A stretch of 64,000 nt of DNA, taken from Alphaproteobacteria bacterium. Its GTDB lineage: Bacteria; Pseudomonadota; Alphaproteobacteria; Micropepsales; Micropepsaceae. Under the pieces are notes generated by a model. That model did no database searches. It saw nothing but the letters and a program-made list of their open reading frames with translations, and was not told where the DNA came from. The stretch spans positions 1,236 through 65,235 of the forward strand of contig JBEIHO010000012.1 in assembly GCA_040381215.1 (NCBI GenBank), given 5' to 3'. The position numbers and the translations under genes are program-made. Numbering within the stretch: position 1 is the first letter of the stretch; every line of letters begins with the position of its first letter. Of the stretch, positions 41,395 to 52,005 are shown piece after piece.

Positions 41395-42903
41395 TCAGAA
41401 CCGGCCACCTGTCTTGAAGCCTCCCCCTTTGAAGCCACCGCCCGTCTTGAAGCCACCACCGCCAAAACCCTTCGGAAAGCGGGGAACGGATGATGAGGGA
41501 AAACGGAATTGCGGGTGGTGCCGCCGACTGCCCCAAGGGCCGCCGCGCTCACGCCGGTCATCATCGTCATCATCGTCATCATCATCATCATCGTCGTCGT
41601 AATCCCAATCACGACGCTTGCGGTGCGCTTTCTCAAGCGCCTCCCAGAGATCCCGGCTCTGCAGGACACCCCCCAGTATGCCACCGATCAAACCACCGAT
41701 GACGTCCCCGCCATCCAGGTCGAACTGACTATTGTGCCGGTCATAGCGGCGCGAGCGCATGCGATCGCGGACATTCTCTAATTCGCCACGACGTCTCCCA
41801 ATCTCGCGAGCCTCCTCCCGGATCTTTGCGACTTCCGCTTCAGCGCGCGCAATGGCTGTCTGGGTCAACTCGATCTTCTGGACAAGCCGGTCATCTTCAG
41901 CGGTGGCCGTAAGCCGCGCCTCCTGGTACATTGTCTGAAGGCTTTCCTGCGACAGCGCCTGCGACAGGACAGCCAGTGCTTCCTCATGCGCACCGCGATC
42001 TCCCTCGGACTGAAGCCGGGCACGCTCCTGATCGAGTACCGCCATCGTCTTTTGCGCTTCCGTCAGTCGATCGCTTGCCGCCTTCAGCGCGACCAGATGC
42101 TCGGACAGACGTGTCTCAAGAGGCTCTATTCCTGCCTTGATAAGCGCGTCACGCTCGATCTTTTCAAGCGCTTCATCCTCTTGCCCCGCGCGGGACAACG
42201 CCACCTCGGCATGCTCGCGTAAACGAACCGGTATCTCGTTGAGCAGGACATAGTTGGGCCGCGCGACGTCATAACCAACCAGCTGCGCGACCTTCCGATC
42301 AAAGTAGCGCGAGAAATTCGACGCGGAATAGGCAGCGGTAGCGAAATTCCTGTTCCACAAATACATGAACAGGGGATCGGATTCGTAAGGCTGACGCTTC
42401 TCTTCCCTGTCAGTCTCGCTCAGCTTGGCTTTGTCCTCCGCCGCGCGGGCAATCCCGATGGAGCGATCGACAACCTGCTTTTGCGCCAACCAGATAGGAT
42501 CCGAAGCCATGTCGGCTTCAACGCAGGCCTGCAGCGCGGCAATCGGCTCGCGGGCCGAGGAAACGGCCGCCGTCTTCTGCCGGTGCTCCTCCTCGGCAAT
42601 AACGAGCGCACTCTGTGCACCTCCGTAGCGAACCAGGATTTGCTCCAGCTTGGCCTTATGGGATCGCATGAGGTCCAGCGCACGGCGCTCGGCAGCATCA
42701 ATCCCACCGACCACTTCATTGCGCACCAGCGCATCGAGCCTGACCAGAGCCAGGGCCTTGAAACTCTCGCCAAGCTCCAGCCGCAGGCGCTCGGCCTCGC
42801 TCGCCGCAGAGCTCAAGACCTGCGTCAGGCGCCCCTCATTGGTGCGCACACCCGAGATGGCAGCCTCAAGCGAACTCAGCGCATCACGCCCATTGACCAG
42901 CAT
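41395..42903 (-). CDS. Long coiled-coil hypothetical protein with glycine zipper, poly-Asp tract and GGFK-repeat tail
   Basis: 502 aa. About 400 aa of heptad-like E/R/A/L-rich sequence, then GGDVIGGLIGGILGGVL, D14, and KGFGGGGFKTGGGFKGGGFKTGGRF. The start overlaps the upstream stop (TAATG). Confidence 0.7.
   Translation of the reverse strand: MLVNGRDALSSLEAAISGVRTNEGRLTQVLSSAASEAERLRLELGESFKALALVRLDALVRNEVVGGIDAAERRALDLMRSHKAKLEQILVRYGGAQSALVIAEEEHRQKTAAVSSAREPIAALQACVEADMASDPIWLAQKQVVDRSIGIARAAEDKAKLSETDREEKRQPYESDPLFMYLWNRNFATAAYSASNFSRYFDRKVAQLVGYDVARPNYVLLNEIPVRLREHAEVALSRAGQEDEALEKIERDALIKAGIEPLETRLSEHLVALKAASDRLTEAQKTMAVLDQERARLQSEGDRGAHEEALAVLSQALSQESLQTMYQEARLTATAEDDRLVQKIELTQTAIARAEAEVAKIREEAREIGRRRGELENVRDRMRSRRYDRHNSQFDLDGGDVIGGLIGGILGGVLQSRDLWEALEKAHRKRRDWDYDDDDDDDDDDDDDDRRERGGPWGSRRHHPQFRFPSSSVPRFPKGFGGGGFKTGGGFKGGGFKTGGRF
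41557..41598 (-). repeat. In-frame (GAY)14 trinucleotide microsatellite encoding Asp14
   Basis: Plus strand reads gtc atc atc gtc atc atc gtc atc atc atc atc atc gtc gtc. Counted directly from the sequence. Confidence 0.95.
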
Positions 42904-43850
42904 TACTCATCCCACGACGTGATGGCGCCGCCCTCTTTCGGAAAATTGTAGCGCGGCTCAAGCTCGCCCCGCAGCTTTTGACCGATCGGGTTCTTCTCGA
43001 TGATCCCGTTGTCCTGCTTGTCCTGCCGGATCTGGTCGAAGAAGGCTTCCGGGACGCGCAGGCCCCACCGCGTGACGGTTGAGCTCTGCCCATTCTCTTC
43101 GTTGACGACGGTCAGGGGTTGCCGCTGACCGTCTGGCAGAACAGCCTCGACAATCAGATAGTAATTTCGCGCCCCCGGGCTGGCCGCCGACTCGCGCCAC
43201 ACCCCGGAGGTTTCATTTGCGCCACTCAACACGCTCACGACATATGTCGACACAAGCCGGGAACGCAGCCCCTCAAGCGAGGCAATGCTCGCACGCACGC
43301 CATCGATATCGCGACGGGCAAGTGCAGCATTCCCATCTCGCTCGAGGCCATCGATCGACCCCAGGATAGCGGCATCGCGGGTCTCGACGCGCGCCGCTCC
43401 CGCCGCTGCGCGAAGTTCCTGCGGCAGGTCTTGCGTAAGTGCGACTTGCACCTCCTCCAGGGCCTGCCGCCGTGGCAGCTCGTAGCCGAAATAGCCGGCA
43501 GCCCACAGCGCCGCGCACACGGCCGCAATGCCACCGGCCCAGCGACCGATGATCCTGCGCCTGACCCAGGCCATGGCTAGACTGCGACCGATGCTTGGCG
43601 CAGGAGGCGTATAGACAAAGCGGCTCTCCTTGAGCGCCTTGATGCCCTGCTCGATAGCTGCGTCAGAGACCTCAAGCCCCTGCCCGCGATAGATCTCGCG
43701 CAGCCGCGCCTTGAGAGCCTCGTCACGATCTCCCTGCGCAAGCTCGCGGGCAACAACAAGCTCGCGATGGCGGATCGTATCGACCACATCCATCGCGAGC
43801 ATCAGCTCGTCAAGCGTTTGGGGCGCCTTTGCCCCGACCACTGCAGACAT
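42903..43850 (-). CDS. Bitopic membrane protein (hypothetical), middle gene of the TelA-like operon
   Basis: 315 aa. About 95-aa cytoplasmic helical N-domain (LDELMLAMDVVDTIRHRE…), one TM (WAGGIAAVCAALWAAGYFGY), and about 190-aa C-domain. 1-nt overlaps with both neighbours. Confidence 0.7.
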   Translation of the reverse strand: MSAVVGAKAPQTLDELMLAMDVVDTIRHRELVVARELAQGDRDEALKARLREIYRGQGLEVSDAAIEQGIKALKESRFVYTPPAPSIGRSLAMAWVRRRIIGRWAGGIAAVCAALWAAGYFGYELPRRQALEEVQVALTQDLPQELRAAAGAARVETRDAAILGSIDGLERDGNAALARRDIDGVRASIASLEGLRSRLVSTYVVSVLSGANETSGVWRESAASPGARNYYLIVEAVLPDGQRQPLTVVNEENGQSSTVTRWGLRVPEAFFDQIRQDKQDNGIIEKNPIGQKLRGELEPRYNFPKEGGAITSWDE

Positions 43851-45022
43851 CAGAGGTGAAAGGCCTTGCCCTGCGCCACAAGGTCAGAAAGCCGCCGCTT
43901 GCCATCCTCAACCGCATCACGGATCTCGGCTGAATTCTGGGTTGAAAGCTTGCGCATCTCTTCGATGATGACGCGCGACTTCTCCTGGAAGTTCACAACC
44001 GAATCCACCAGCTTCTTCACCGCGTCCGCGCGGATCGTCGGCCCGTAGCCCGCGCGCACGGCAGCCTCCTGAACCTTGTCGCCGATTTCAGCCAGCACCT
44101 CGATGGACTTGGAGACACCCTCCTTCATCGCATTCACGGTCTCCGTCGACTCGTGCAAGCCGAACATGCCTGTGAACGACGCCTTGAGGGCCGTCAAAAC
44201 AGTATCGTTGGTGGAGAAGAAGCTGACCGCCTGCGCATAAATACGCTCCTTCGCGCTGGTGGTCTGCATCAGGCGCGCCATGATGACTTCGGACGTGTTG
44301 TAGCCAATCGTGAGATTGTCCGAGAGATCCTTGGCAATCTGGTACCGTCGATCCTCATCCTGGGTCTGGCGCAACACTTCGTCGCGAATGAGCTCAAGCT
44401 TCGCGCGCTCCGCAGGCTCCGTTCCCGCAAAATTGGCAACCGCCGCCGAAGCATCATTCAGCCGCTTCTTGGCCTCCTCGAGCTTCCACTCGCCCTTCTT
44501 CAGAACCTCGAGCGCCAGAACCTCGGCCTGCTTCAGAGCACCTCGGAAGTCCCGATAGGCCTGCAGGATGGCGTGTTCGCGCTCGATCTGGTTCTTGGTC
44601 TCCTTCGTGACCGCGATGTAGATGGAGCGAATCTTGTCGAACCGGTCGGCGATGTCGCCGCGCGTTAGCTTCATCCATGAATTCGTCGCACGCTCCCACA
44701 CACTGACCTTGCCGTCGGAGATCTGGTCGACCATCCCCTTGGCATCGTCGCGGATCGAATTGAAGCCCTCCGTGATCTGTCGATAGCGGTCACCAACAGA
44801 CATCGCGGACACGTTCTCGCGCACAACCTCGTTGAAACTCGACGCCTGGTTCAGCGTCCGGGCGATGATCGTGATCTTCTCGTTGTCGAGATCCGAGATC
44901 TGCTGGAGGAGCGCATTGATGGGGGCGTCCTCACCCTTTGCGGGCACGATGCCAAGATCCCTCAGCGTGGTAAGCGCCCGGTCCAGGTACTGCATGGGCG
45001 TTCGGATGACGACATCGGACAT
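43850..45022 (-). CDS. All-helical protein, tentatively a distant TelA (toxic anion resistance) family member
   Basis: 390 aa. Length and helix/segment layout parallel TelA/YceH-type proteins when aligned by eye. No strong motif identity, so this needs a profile search. Confidence 0.5.
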   Translation of the reverse strand: MSDVVIRTPMQYLDRALTTLRDLGIVPAKGEDAPINALLQQISDLDNEKITIIARTLNQASSFNEVVRENVSAMSVGDRYRQITEGFNSIRDDAKGMVDQISDGKVSVWERATNSWMKLTRGDIADRFDKIRSIYIAVTKETKNQIEREHAILQAYRDFRGALKQAEVLALEVLKKGEWKLEEAKKRLNDASAAVANFAGTEPAERAKLELIRDEVLRQTQDEDRRYQIAKDLSDNLTIGYNTSEVIMARLMQTTSAKERIYAQAVSFFSTNDTVLTALKASFTGMFGLHESTETVNAMKEGVSKSIEVLAEIGDKVQEAAVRAGYGPTIRADAVKKLVDSVVNFQEKSRVIIEEMRKLSTQNSAEIRDAVEDGKRRLSDLVAQGKAFHL

Positions 45023-45121
45023 CTGGTAGAATCTCCCCTCGTAAACGTGGGGGAAGATGTGGGTGATAAACCCACGCTCTGCAAGGCCAGGCGCCGAAAT
45101 ATTCGCAGTATTCCGGGACAG

Positions 45122-45700
45122 CTACCCTTTGCAGCTGACGGTTGCCGCATGGCGGTTTTCTGCGACAACCTGCGGCGGCTGCACCACGCCCAGAAACCGG
45201 GTCGCGTAGGCCGGCATTCCGCAGATCACAGTCGCATAGTATCCCTCGATCTCAACGGTCAGAGGCCCGGTGACGGATTGAACCTTGCCAGCCCTGACCT
45301 TCCGCACGATCCCGGGCGGTATGACCGCCTTCAGGAAATCATCGCGGTTCGAGAAGTAGACCCCATCGATGGCCCCGTCGAGGTTCCAGCGCGGCAGCAG
45401 CCCAGCCGACGCCGCATCCGGGACGAAATAGAGGTCAGGCTCCTTGCTGCCATTCGCCTCCTCCTCGGCTGGCGTATTTCGCCCGAAGACATATGTTCCC
45501 GAGATCACGGCGCGTCCCCGCAGGGTCAAGCCCTCGACAGACGCCTTCTCGACGCTGAAAGGGCTTCGCTTTGGCAGGGCATAGATAATTCCGTCAGCCT
45601 GATTGGTGATCAGGCGGACAGTCGTTCCGCCAGCCTGCCCCGTACCAGGGAACGCGAACGCAAGAATGAATGCCGCAACGAGGACTGGCCGCATGACCAT
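45122..45700 (-). CDS. Secreted hypothetical protein
   Basis: ORF 45122..45730. The signal peptide is best from MVMRPVLVAAFILAFAFPGTGQA. No family recognised. Confidence 0.5.
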   Translation of the reverse strand: MVMRPVLVAAFILAFAFPGTGQAGGTTVRLITNQADGIIYALPKRSPFSVEKASVEGLTLRGRAVISGTYVFGRNTPAEEEANGSKEPDLYFVPDAASAGLLPRWNLDGAIDGVYFSNRDDFLKAVIPPGIVRKVRAGKVQSVTGPLTVEIEGYYATVICGMPAYATRFLGVVQPPQVVAENRHAATVSCKG

Positions 45701-45792
45701 CGGGGGGGAGCCTCCGTGATGAGCCCTCACGATGCCACCCTATCGCGGCAGAATTAGGGCCACGATGTGACGGGGATCACCCATGAACCCGT

Positions 45793-47208
45793 TCAGATGT
45801 GGATCGCGTGCCCAAGCGCCTTCAGCGCACTCTCATGGAACGCCTCGCTGAGCGTCGGATGCACATGGATGGTGCCGGCGATGTCCTCAAGAAGCGCACC
45901 CATTTCAAGTGCCAGGGCGAATTGGGCCGAAAGCTCCGAGACATGCTGGCCGACAGCCTGGATCCCCAGCACCCGGTGATCACTCTTGCGCGCAACGACA
46001 CGGACAAACCCGCCCGTATCAGCCCCATCCATCGACAGGGCACGCCCATTGGCCGAGAACGGGAATTGTCCGACAACGACATCGATCCCCTGCCGAGCCG
46101 CATCGGCCGGCGAAAGCCCGGCGCTGACAATCTCAGGCTCGGTGAAGCAGACGGCCGCAATCGTCGCCGGACTGAAGCGCCGCTTGTGCCCCGCGATGAT
46201 CTCGGCGACCATCTCTCCCTGCGCGGACGCCTTGTGCGCCAACATGGGCTCGCCGACGAGGTCTCCGATGGCCCAGACATCCCGCATCGACGTGCGGCAC
46301 TGCTCATCGACCTTGATGAAAGCACCGTTCATGTCGACGGCCATGGCCTCAAGGCCCCAGCCTTGCGTGTTCGGCTTGCGTCCAACCGTGACAAGGATCT
46401 TGTCTGCAGCGATCGACAAGGCTTTGCCATCGGCCGTATCGATCGCGAGAGACGCCCCATCCTTGCCGGTCTCCGCGCCCCTGGCTCTTGCACCCAGATG
46501 AAGGGTGACGCCATGACGCTCCAGCCAGCGCTTAACAGGCGCCACGAGTTCCGCATCATAGAGCGGCAGGATCTGGCTTTCTGCCTCGACAATGGTGACT
46601 TTCGATCCAAGCTTCGAGAAGGCGATACCAAGCTCGAGCCCGATATAGCCTGCACCCACGACGGCAAGGCGCGCAGGCACGGCCTCCAGCGAAAGCGCTT
46701 CGGTGGACGAGATCACGTCCCCGCCAAATTTGAGGAAGGGCAACGCGGCCGGCACCGATCCATTCGCGAGGATCACATGCTCGGCCCGGATGGTCGTGTC
46801 CCCAACCCTGCATGTCTTGCCGTCGGAAAACACGGCAAACCCGCTGATGACGCGCACCTTGGCGCGCTTCAGGAGGCTTCCCACGCCCATATTGAGTTTC
46901 GAGACGATGCCTTCCTTCCACTGCACTGTCTGCCGGAAGTCGATCGATGGCGGTGCCGCCAGCTTCACCCCATGGACAGGTTTTTCAGCCGCCTGCCGCA
47001 TGGCGTCGAAACCACTGGCCGCGTGAATGATGGCCTTGGAGGGAATGCAGCCACGGATAAGACAAGTGCCACCGAGCCGGTCACCCTCGACCAAAGTCGT
47101 GTCGAGCCCCAGCTGCCCCGCCCTGATGGCCGCCACATAACCGCCCGGGCCACCGCCGACAACAAGCACCTTCGTCTGGATCGTCTCAGCCACGGGCAGA
47201 ACCTTCAT
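45793..47208 (-). CDS. lpdA: Dihydrolipoyl dehydrogenase (E3)
   Basis: VLVVGGGPGGYVAA, redox-active GGTCLIRGCIPSK, C-terminal HPTLSE. Confidence 0.93.
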   Translation of the reverse strand: MKVLPVAETIQTKVLVVGGGPGGYVAAIRAGQLGLDTTLVEGDRLGGTCLIRGCIPSKAIIHAASGFDAMRQAAEKPVHGVKLAAPPSIDFRQTVQWKEGIVSKLNMGVGSLLKRAKVRVISGFAVFSDGKTCRVGDTTIRAEHVILANGSVPAALPFLKFGGDVISSTEALSLEAVPARLAVVGAGYIGLELGIAFSKLGSKVTIVEAESQILPLYDAELVAPVKRWLERHGVTLHLGARARGAETGKDGASLAIDTADGKALSIAADKILVTVGRKPNTQGWGLEAMAVDMNGAFIKVDEQCRTSMRDVWAIGDLVGEPMLAHKASAQGEMVAEIIAGHKRRFSPATIAAVCFTEPEIVSAGLSPADAARQGIDVVVGQFPFSANGRALSMDGADTGGFVRVVARKSDHRVLGIQAVGQHVSELSAQFALALEMGALLEDIAGTIHVHPTLSEAFHESALKALGHAIHI

Positions 47209-48484
47209 CCATGAACATCAGCGCCGGATGTTCGAGCAAGCCCTTCACGCGCTGGATGAACTGGGCGGCATCGAAGCCATCAACCACGCGGTGATCGAAC
47301 GACGAGGAAAGATTCATCATCTTGCGAACGATGACAGCGCCACCCCGCACCACCGGACGCTCGATGATCGCGTTGGGCCCGATGATGGCAACTTCGGGGT
47401 GGTTGATCACCGGCGTCGTGACAACCCCGCCGAGCGGTCCAAGACTGGTGATCGTTATCGTCGATCCGGAAAGCTCATCGCGCGTGGCCTTGTTGTCGCG
47501 GGCCGCCGTTGAAACACGCGCGATCTCGCTGGCCACCTGCCAGAGGTCAAGCGCCTCTGCATGCTTGACCACCGGCACGATAAGTCCGTTCGCCGTCTGC
47601 GTAGCAATGCCGACATGGACAGGATGGAACCTGTGCACCACACCCGCCTCGTCATCGTAGCGGGCGTTGATCTGGGGGAAGGCGGGCAACAAGCGAACCA
47701 GCGCCCGGATCATGAAAGGCAGGAGCGTCAGCTTCGGCTGGTCCTTGCGACGCGAAGCATTCATGTGCGCGCGCAGGGCCTCCAACTCCGTCATGTCGAC
47801 TTCCTCGACATAGGCAAAGTGGGGAATGCGACGCTTGGCGTCCTGCATCTTTTCCGCGATCTTGCGCCTCAACCCGATCACCTTGACCACGTCCGCGCCT
47901 TCGCGACGCGTCAAGCCACGCGGCGAAGGCCGCGCCACGGCGCCACGCGCCAGGAAGGCGTCGAGGTCCGCATGCGTGATACGACCGCCGGGACCCGATC
48001 CGTCCACGAACTGCAACTTGACCCCAAGCTCAAACGCCCGCTGCCGCACAGCCGGTGACGCAAGTGGCTTGTCACCCGGCACACGCGGCGGAGGCTCCAG
48101 GGCAAGAGCGCGGTCCTCGTCAGACACGTCCGGCAATTCGATGACAGGCGCCTTGATCACCGCAGCCGGCACGGCCGTAGATGCAGGCACTGCAGGCTTC
48201 GACGGCGCGGCCGCAGTCTTCACCTGCGCCTCGTTTCCAGCGCCCTCGACCTCGAACTCGACGATCGGGGCGCCGACGACAGCCATCGCCCCCGCCTCAC
48301 CGTGCAGGGAAAGCACCCTGCCTTTGACCGGCGACGTCATCTCCACAGTCGCCTTGTCGGTCATCACATCAACAAGGTGCTGGTCTTCATCGACCATGTC
48401 GCCAACCTTGACATGCCACGCCACGATTTCCGCCTCGGCAGTGCCTTCGCCGACATCAGGCAGCTTGAATATGAATTTGCCCAT
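47186..48484 (-). CDS. bkdB: Branched-chain 2-oxoacid dehydrogenase E2 (dihydrolipoamide acyltransferase)
   Basis: ORF trimmed to the ATG at 48484. Lipoyl domain FKLPDVGEGTAEAEIV…VMTDKATVE. Catalytic SSFDHRVVDG. Confidence 0.9.
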   Translation of the reverse strand: MGKFIFKLPDVGEGTAEAEIVAWHVKVGDMVDEDQHLVDVMTDKATVEMTSPVKGRVLSLHGEAGAMAVVGAPIVEFEVEGAGNEAQVKTAAAPSKPAVPASTAVPAAVIKAPVIELPDVSDEDRALALEPPPRVPGDKPLASPAVRQRAFELGVKLQFVDGSGPGGRITHADLDAFLARGAVARPSPRGLTRREGADVVKVIGLRRKIAEKMQDAKRRIPHFAYVEEVDMTELEALRAHMNASRRKDQPKLTLLPFMIRALVRLLPAFPQINARYDDEAGVVHRFHPVHVGIATQTANGLIVPVVKHAEALDLWQVASEIARVSTAARDNKATRDELSGSTITITSLGPLGGVVTTPVINHPEVAIIGPNAIIERPVVRGGAVIVRKMMNLSSSFDHRVVDGFDAAQFIQRVKGLLEHPALMFMDEGSARG

Positions 48485-48489
48485 GGCGC

Positions 48490-49503
48490 CTAACCCTCCA
48501 GCGCGCGACGCATGGCATCGCCGATCCGCTTTGGTCCCGGAAAATACTGCCACTCGAACGCGTGGGGATAAGGCGTATCCCAACCCGTGACACGCTCGAT
48601 GGGCGCTTCCAGATGGTGGAAACAATTCTCCTGAACAAGCGCTGAAAGCTCGGCACCGAAGCCACTCGTTCGAGTGGCTTCATGAACGATTACGCAACGA
48701 CCGGTCTTCTCGACGGACTGGATGATGGCCTCGATGTCCACCGGCCAGATCGTCCGCAGGTCGATCACTTCGGCATCGATACCGTTCTCTTCTGCCGCTG
48801 CCAGCGACACATGCACCATGGTCCCATAGGCAAGCACGGTAACGGCCTCGCCTGCCCTTGCGATGCCGGCCTTGCCCAGAGGCAGAGTGTAGTAGCCATC
48901 AGGCACATTGCTTGACGCGTGCTTGCTCCAGGCTTGCACCGGGCGGTCATGATGACCATCGAAGGGCCCGTTGTAGATGCGCTTGGGTTCAAAGAACATC
49001 ACCGGATCATCATCCTCGATTGCGGCAATGAGCAATCCCTTGGCATCATAGGGATTGGACGGGATCACGGTCTTGAGACCACACACATGCGTGAACAGGG
49101 CCTCGGGACTCTGGCTATGGGTCTGCCCACCGAAGATCCCGCCGCCATAGGGCGAACGCAGGGTGATGGGCGACGTAAAGTCAGCCGCCGACCGATACCT
49201 CAATCGCGCGGCTTCCGAGACAATCTGGTCATAGGCAGGATAGATATAGTCGGCGAACTGGATCTCGACGACCGGCCTGAGACCATAGGCGCCCATCCCG
49301 ATCGCCGTTGCCACGATACCGCTCTCGCCGATCGGCGTATCGAAGCACCGCTGCACGCCGTGCTTCCTCTGGAGGCCTTCCGTCGCCCGGAACACACCCC
49401 CGAAATAGCCCACGTCCTCGCCGAAGATCAGCACATTCGGATCCCGCGACAGCATCACATCCATCGCGGAATTGAGGGCCTGGATCATGTTCATCGTTGC
49501 CAT
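48490..49503 (-). CDS. bkdA2: 2-oxoisovalerate dehydrogenase E1 beta subunit
   Basis: 337 aa transketolase-like pyrimidine-binding and C-terminal domains (FGEDVGYFGGVFR…). Confidence 0.92.
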   Translation of the reverse strand: MATMNMIQALNSAMDVMLSRDPNVLIFGEDVGYFGGVFRATEGLQRKHGVQRCFDTPIGESGIVATAIGMGAYGLRPVVEIQFADYIYPAYDQIVSEAARLRYRSAADFTSPITLRSPYGGGIFGGQTHSQSPEALFTHVCGLKTVIPSNPYDAKGLLIAAIEDDDPVMFFEPKRIYNGPFDGHHDRPVQAWSKHASSNVPDGYYTLPLGKAGIARAGEAVTVLAYGTMVHVSLAAAEENGIDAEVIDLRTIWPVDIEAIIQSVEKTGRCVIVHEATRTSGFGAELSALVQENCFHHLEAPIERVTGWDTPYPHAFEWQYFPGPKRIGDAMRRALEG

Positions 49504-49509
49504 GGCGCG

Positions 49510-50985
<1,476 letters not shown>

Positions 50986-52005
50986 TTAATCGCCCAGCAT
51001 TTGTGCAATCACGGGATCACGGGCACGCGCATCTCGAAGGTCCCTTGCACCCTGCTCGATGATCGGATGCTGCACCTCAAGAATGGCAGCCTTCCAGCTC
51101 GGACGCGCCTGCACACGCCTGTAATAGGCCGCCACCCGCTCCAGCTTTCCTTCGCCGAGGCAAGTGCTCAAAAAGCCGGTCTCCTCGAGCCTCAGAAGCA
51201 CACACGCAAGCGTGATGTCAGCAAGGGAAAAAATCTCCCCGAGGATCCAAGGCCCGCCGGACTGACCCAGCGCATCATCGATCGTGCGTAGATGGGCGGT
51301 CATGTAGCGTCGGCCATTGCCCACCATCTCCTGGATGGGCCTGATCGCAAGCATGCGCCGCAAGCCCAGCAACTTCCCCAATGAGAAGAAAATCGGTCTC
51401 GCCTTGTCAGGGTGAAACAGGAAACCGAACAGGATGCGATGGAGGGGAATGTAGCGGATCGCGGTAATGAACAGCGGCAACGTCACGGCAGGGACGCAAG
51501 CACCAATGCGCTTCTGCATGTCGGCGGTCGGCGCATTACTGGAAAGGTTGCCGAAGGAGATCCAGTCCTCCATCCGCCTGCGCAACCCATCATCCACCGG
51601 TACAAGCGCCGCCGCCCCTGCCGCAGCATGTGCCGTCGCATAAGCCATGATGTCATCGGATTCATAGACCGGATGCCCATTGTGCACCAATGTTGGGATC
51701 AATCCCGAAGGATTGACCCGCAGATAGGCCCGCGACAACGTCTCGTAGCTCCCCGTCTCAATCAGGTCGATCGGTTTGTGAACGAAGGGAATGCCGAGCT
51801 CGGCCATCACCAGCCGCGTCTTGCGCGAGCAATGCGAGAACGCATTGCCATAAAGCTCGAACGGCGCCTGATGCGGCAGCATGATTTCCGGATGCAGGCC
51901 GCCTCTGACCGGATGGGATCGCCGCCGTGACTTCTCGACAAGGAACCACCCGAGGACAAGGGCCAGTACGGCAATCAGCGCAGGGATCATGTCAGATGCG
52001 TCCAA
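50986..52005 (-). CDS. Membrane-anchored glutathione S-transferase family protein
   Basis: N-terminal TM (IPALIAVLALVLGWFLV), then a GST N-domain (LYGNAFSHCSRKTR…VNPSGLIPTLVH…YESDDI) and a helical C-domain. Confidence 0.7.
   Translation of the reverse strand: MDASDMIPALIAVLALVLGWFLVEKSRRRSHPVRGGLHPEIMLPHQAPFELYGNAFSHCSRKTRLVMAELGIPFVHKPIDLIETGSYETLSRAYLRVNPSGLIPTLVHNGHPVYESDDIMAYATAHAAAGAAALVPVDDGLRRRMEDWISFGNLSSNAPTADMQKRIGACVPAVTLPLFITAIRYIPLHRILFGFLFHPDKARPIFFSLGKLLGLRRMLAIRPIQEMVGNGRRYMTAHLRTIDDALGQSGGPWILGEIFSLADITLACVLLRLEETGFLSTCLGEGKLERVAAYYRRVQARPSWKAAILEVQHPIIEQGARDLRDARARDPVIAQMLGD

Noticed and set aside
41490-41781. ORFs encoding poly-His (GHHRHHRHHHHH) and poly-Ile/Val runs on the + strand
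   Set aside because: These are alternative-frame and antisense readings of the (GAY)14 repeat in the 502-aa minus-strand gene. They are not independent genes.
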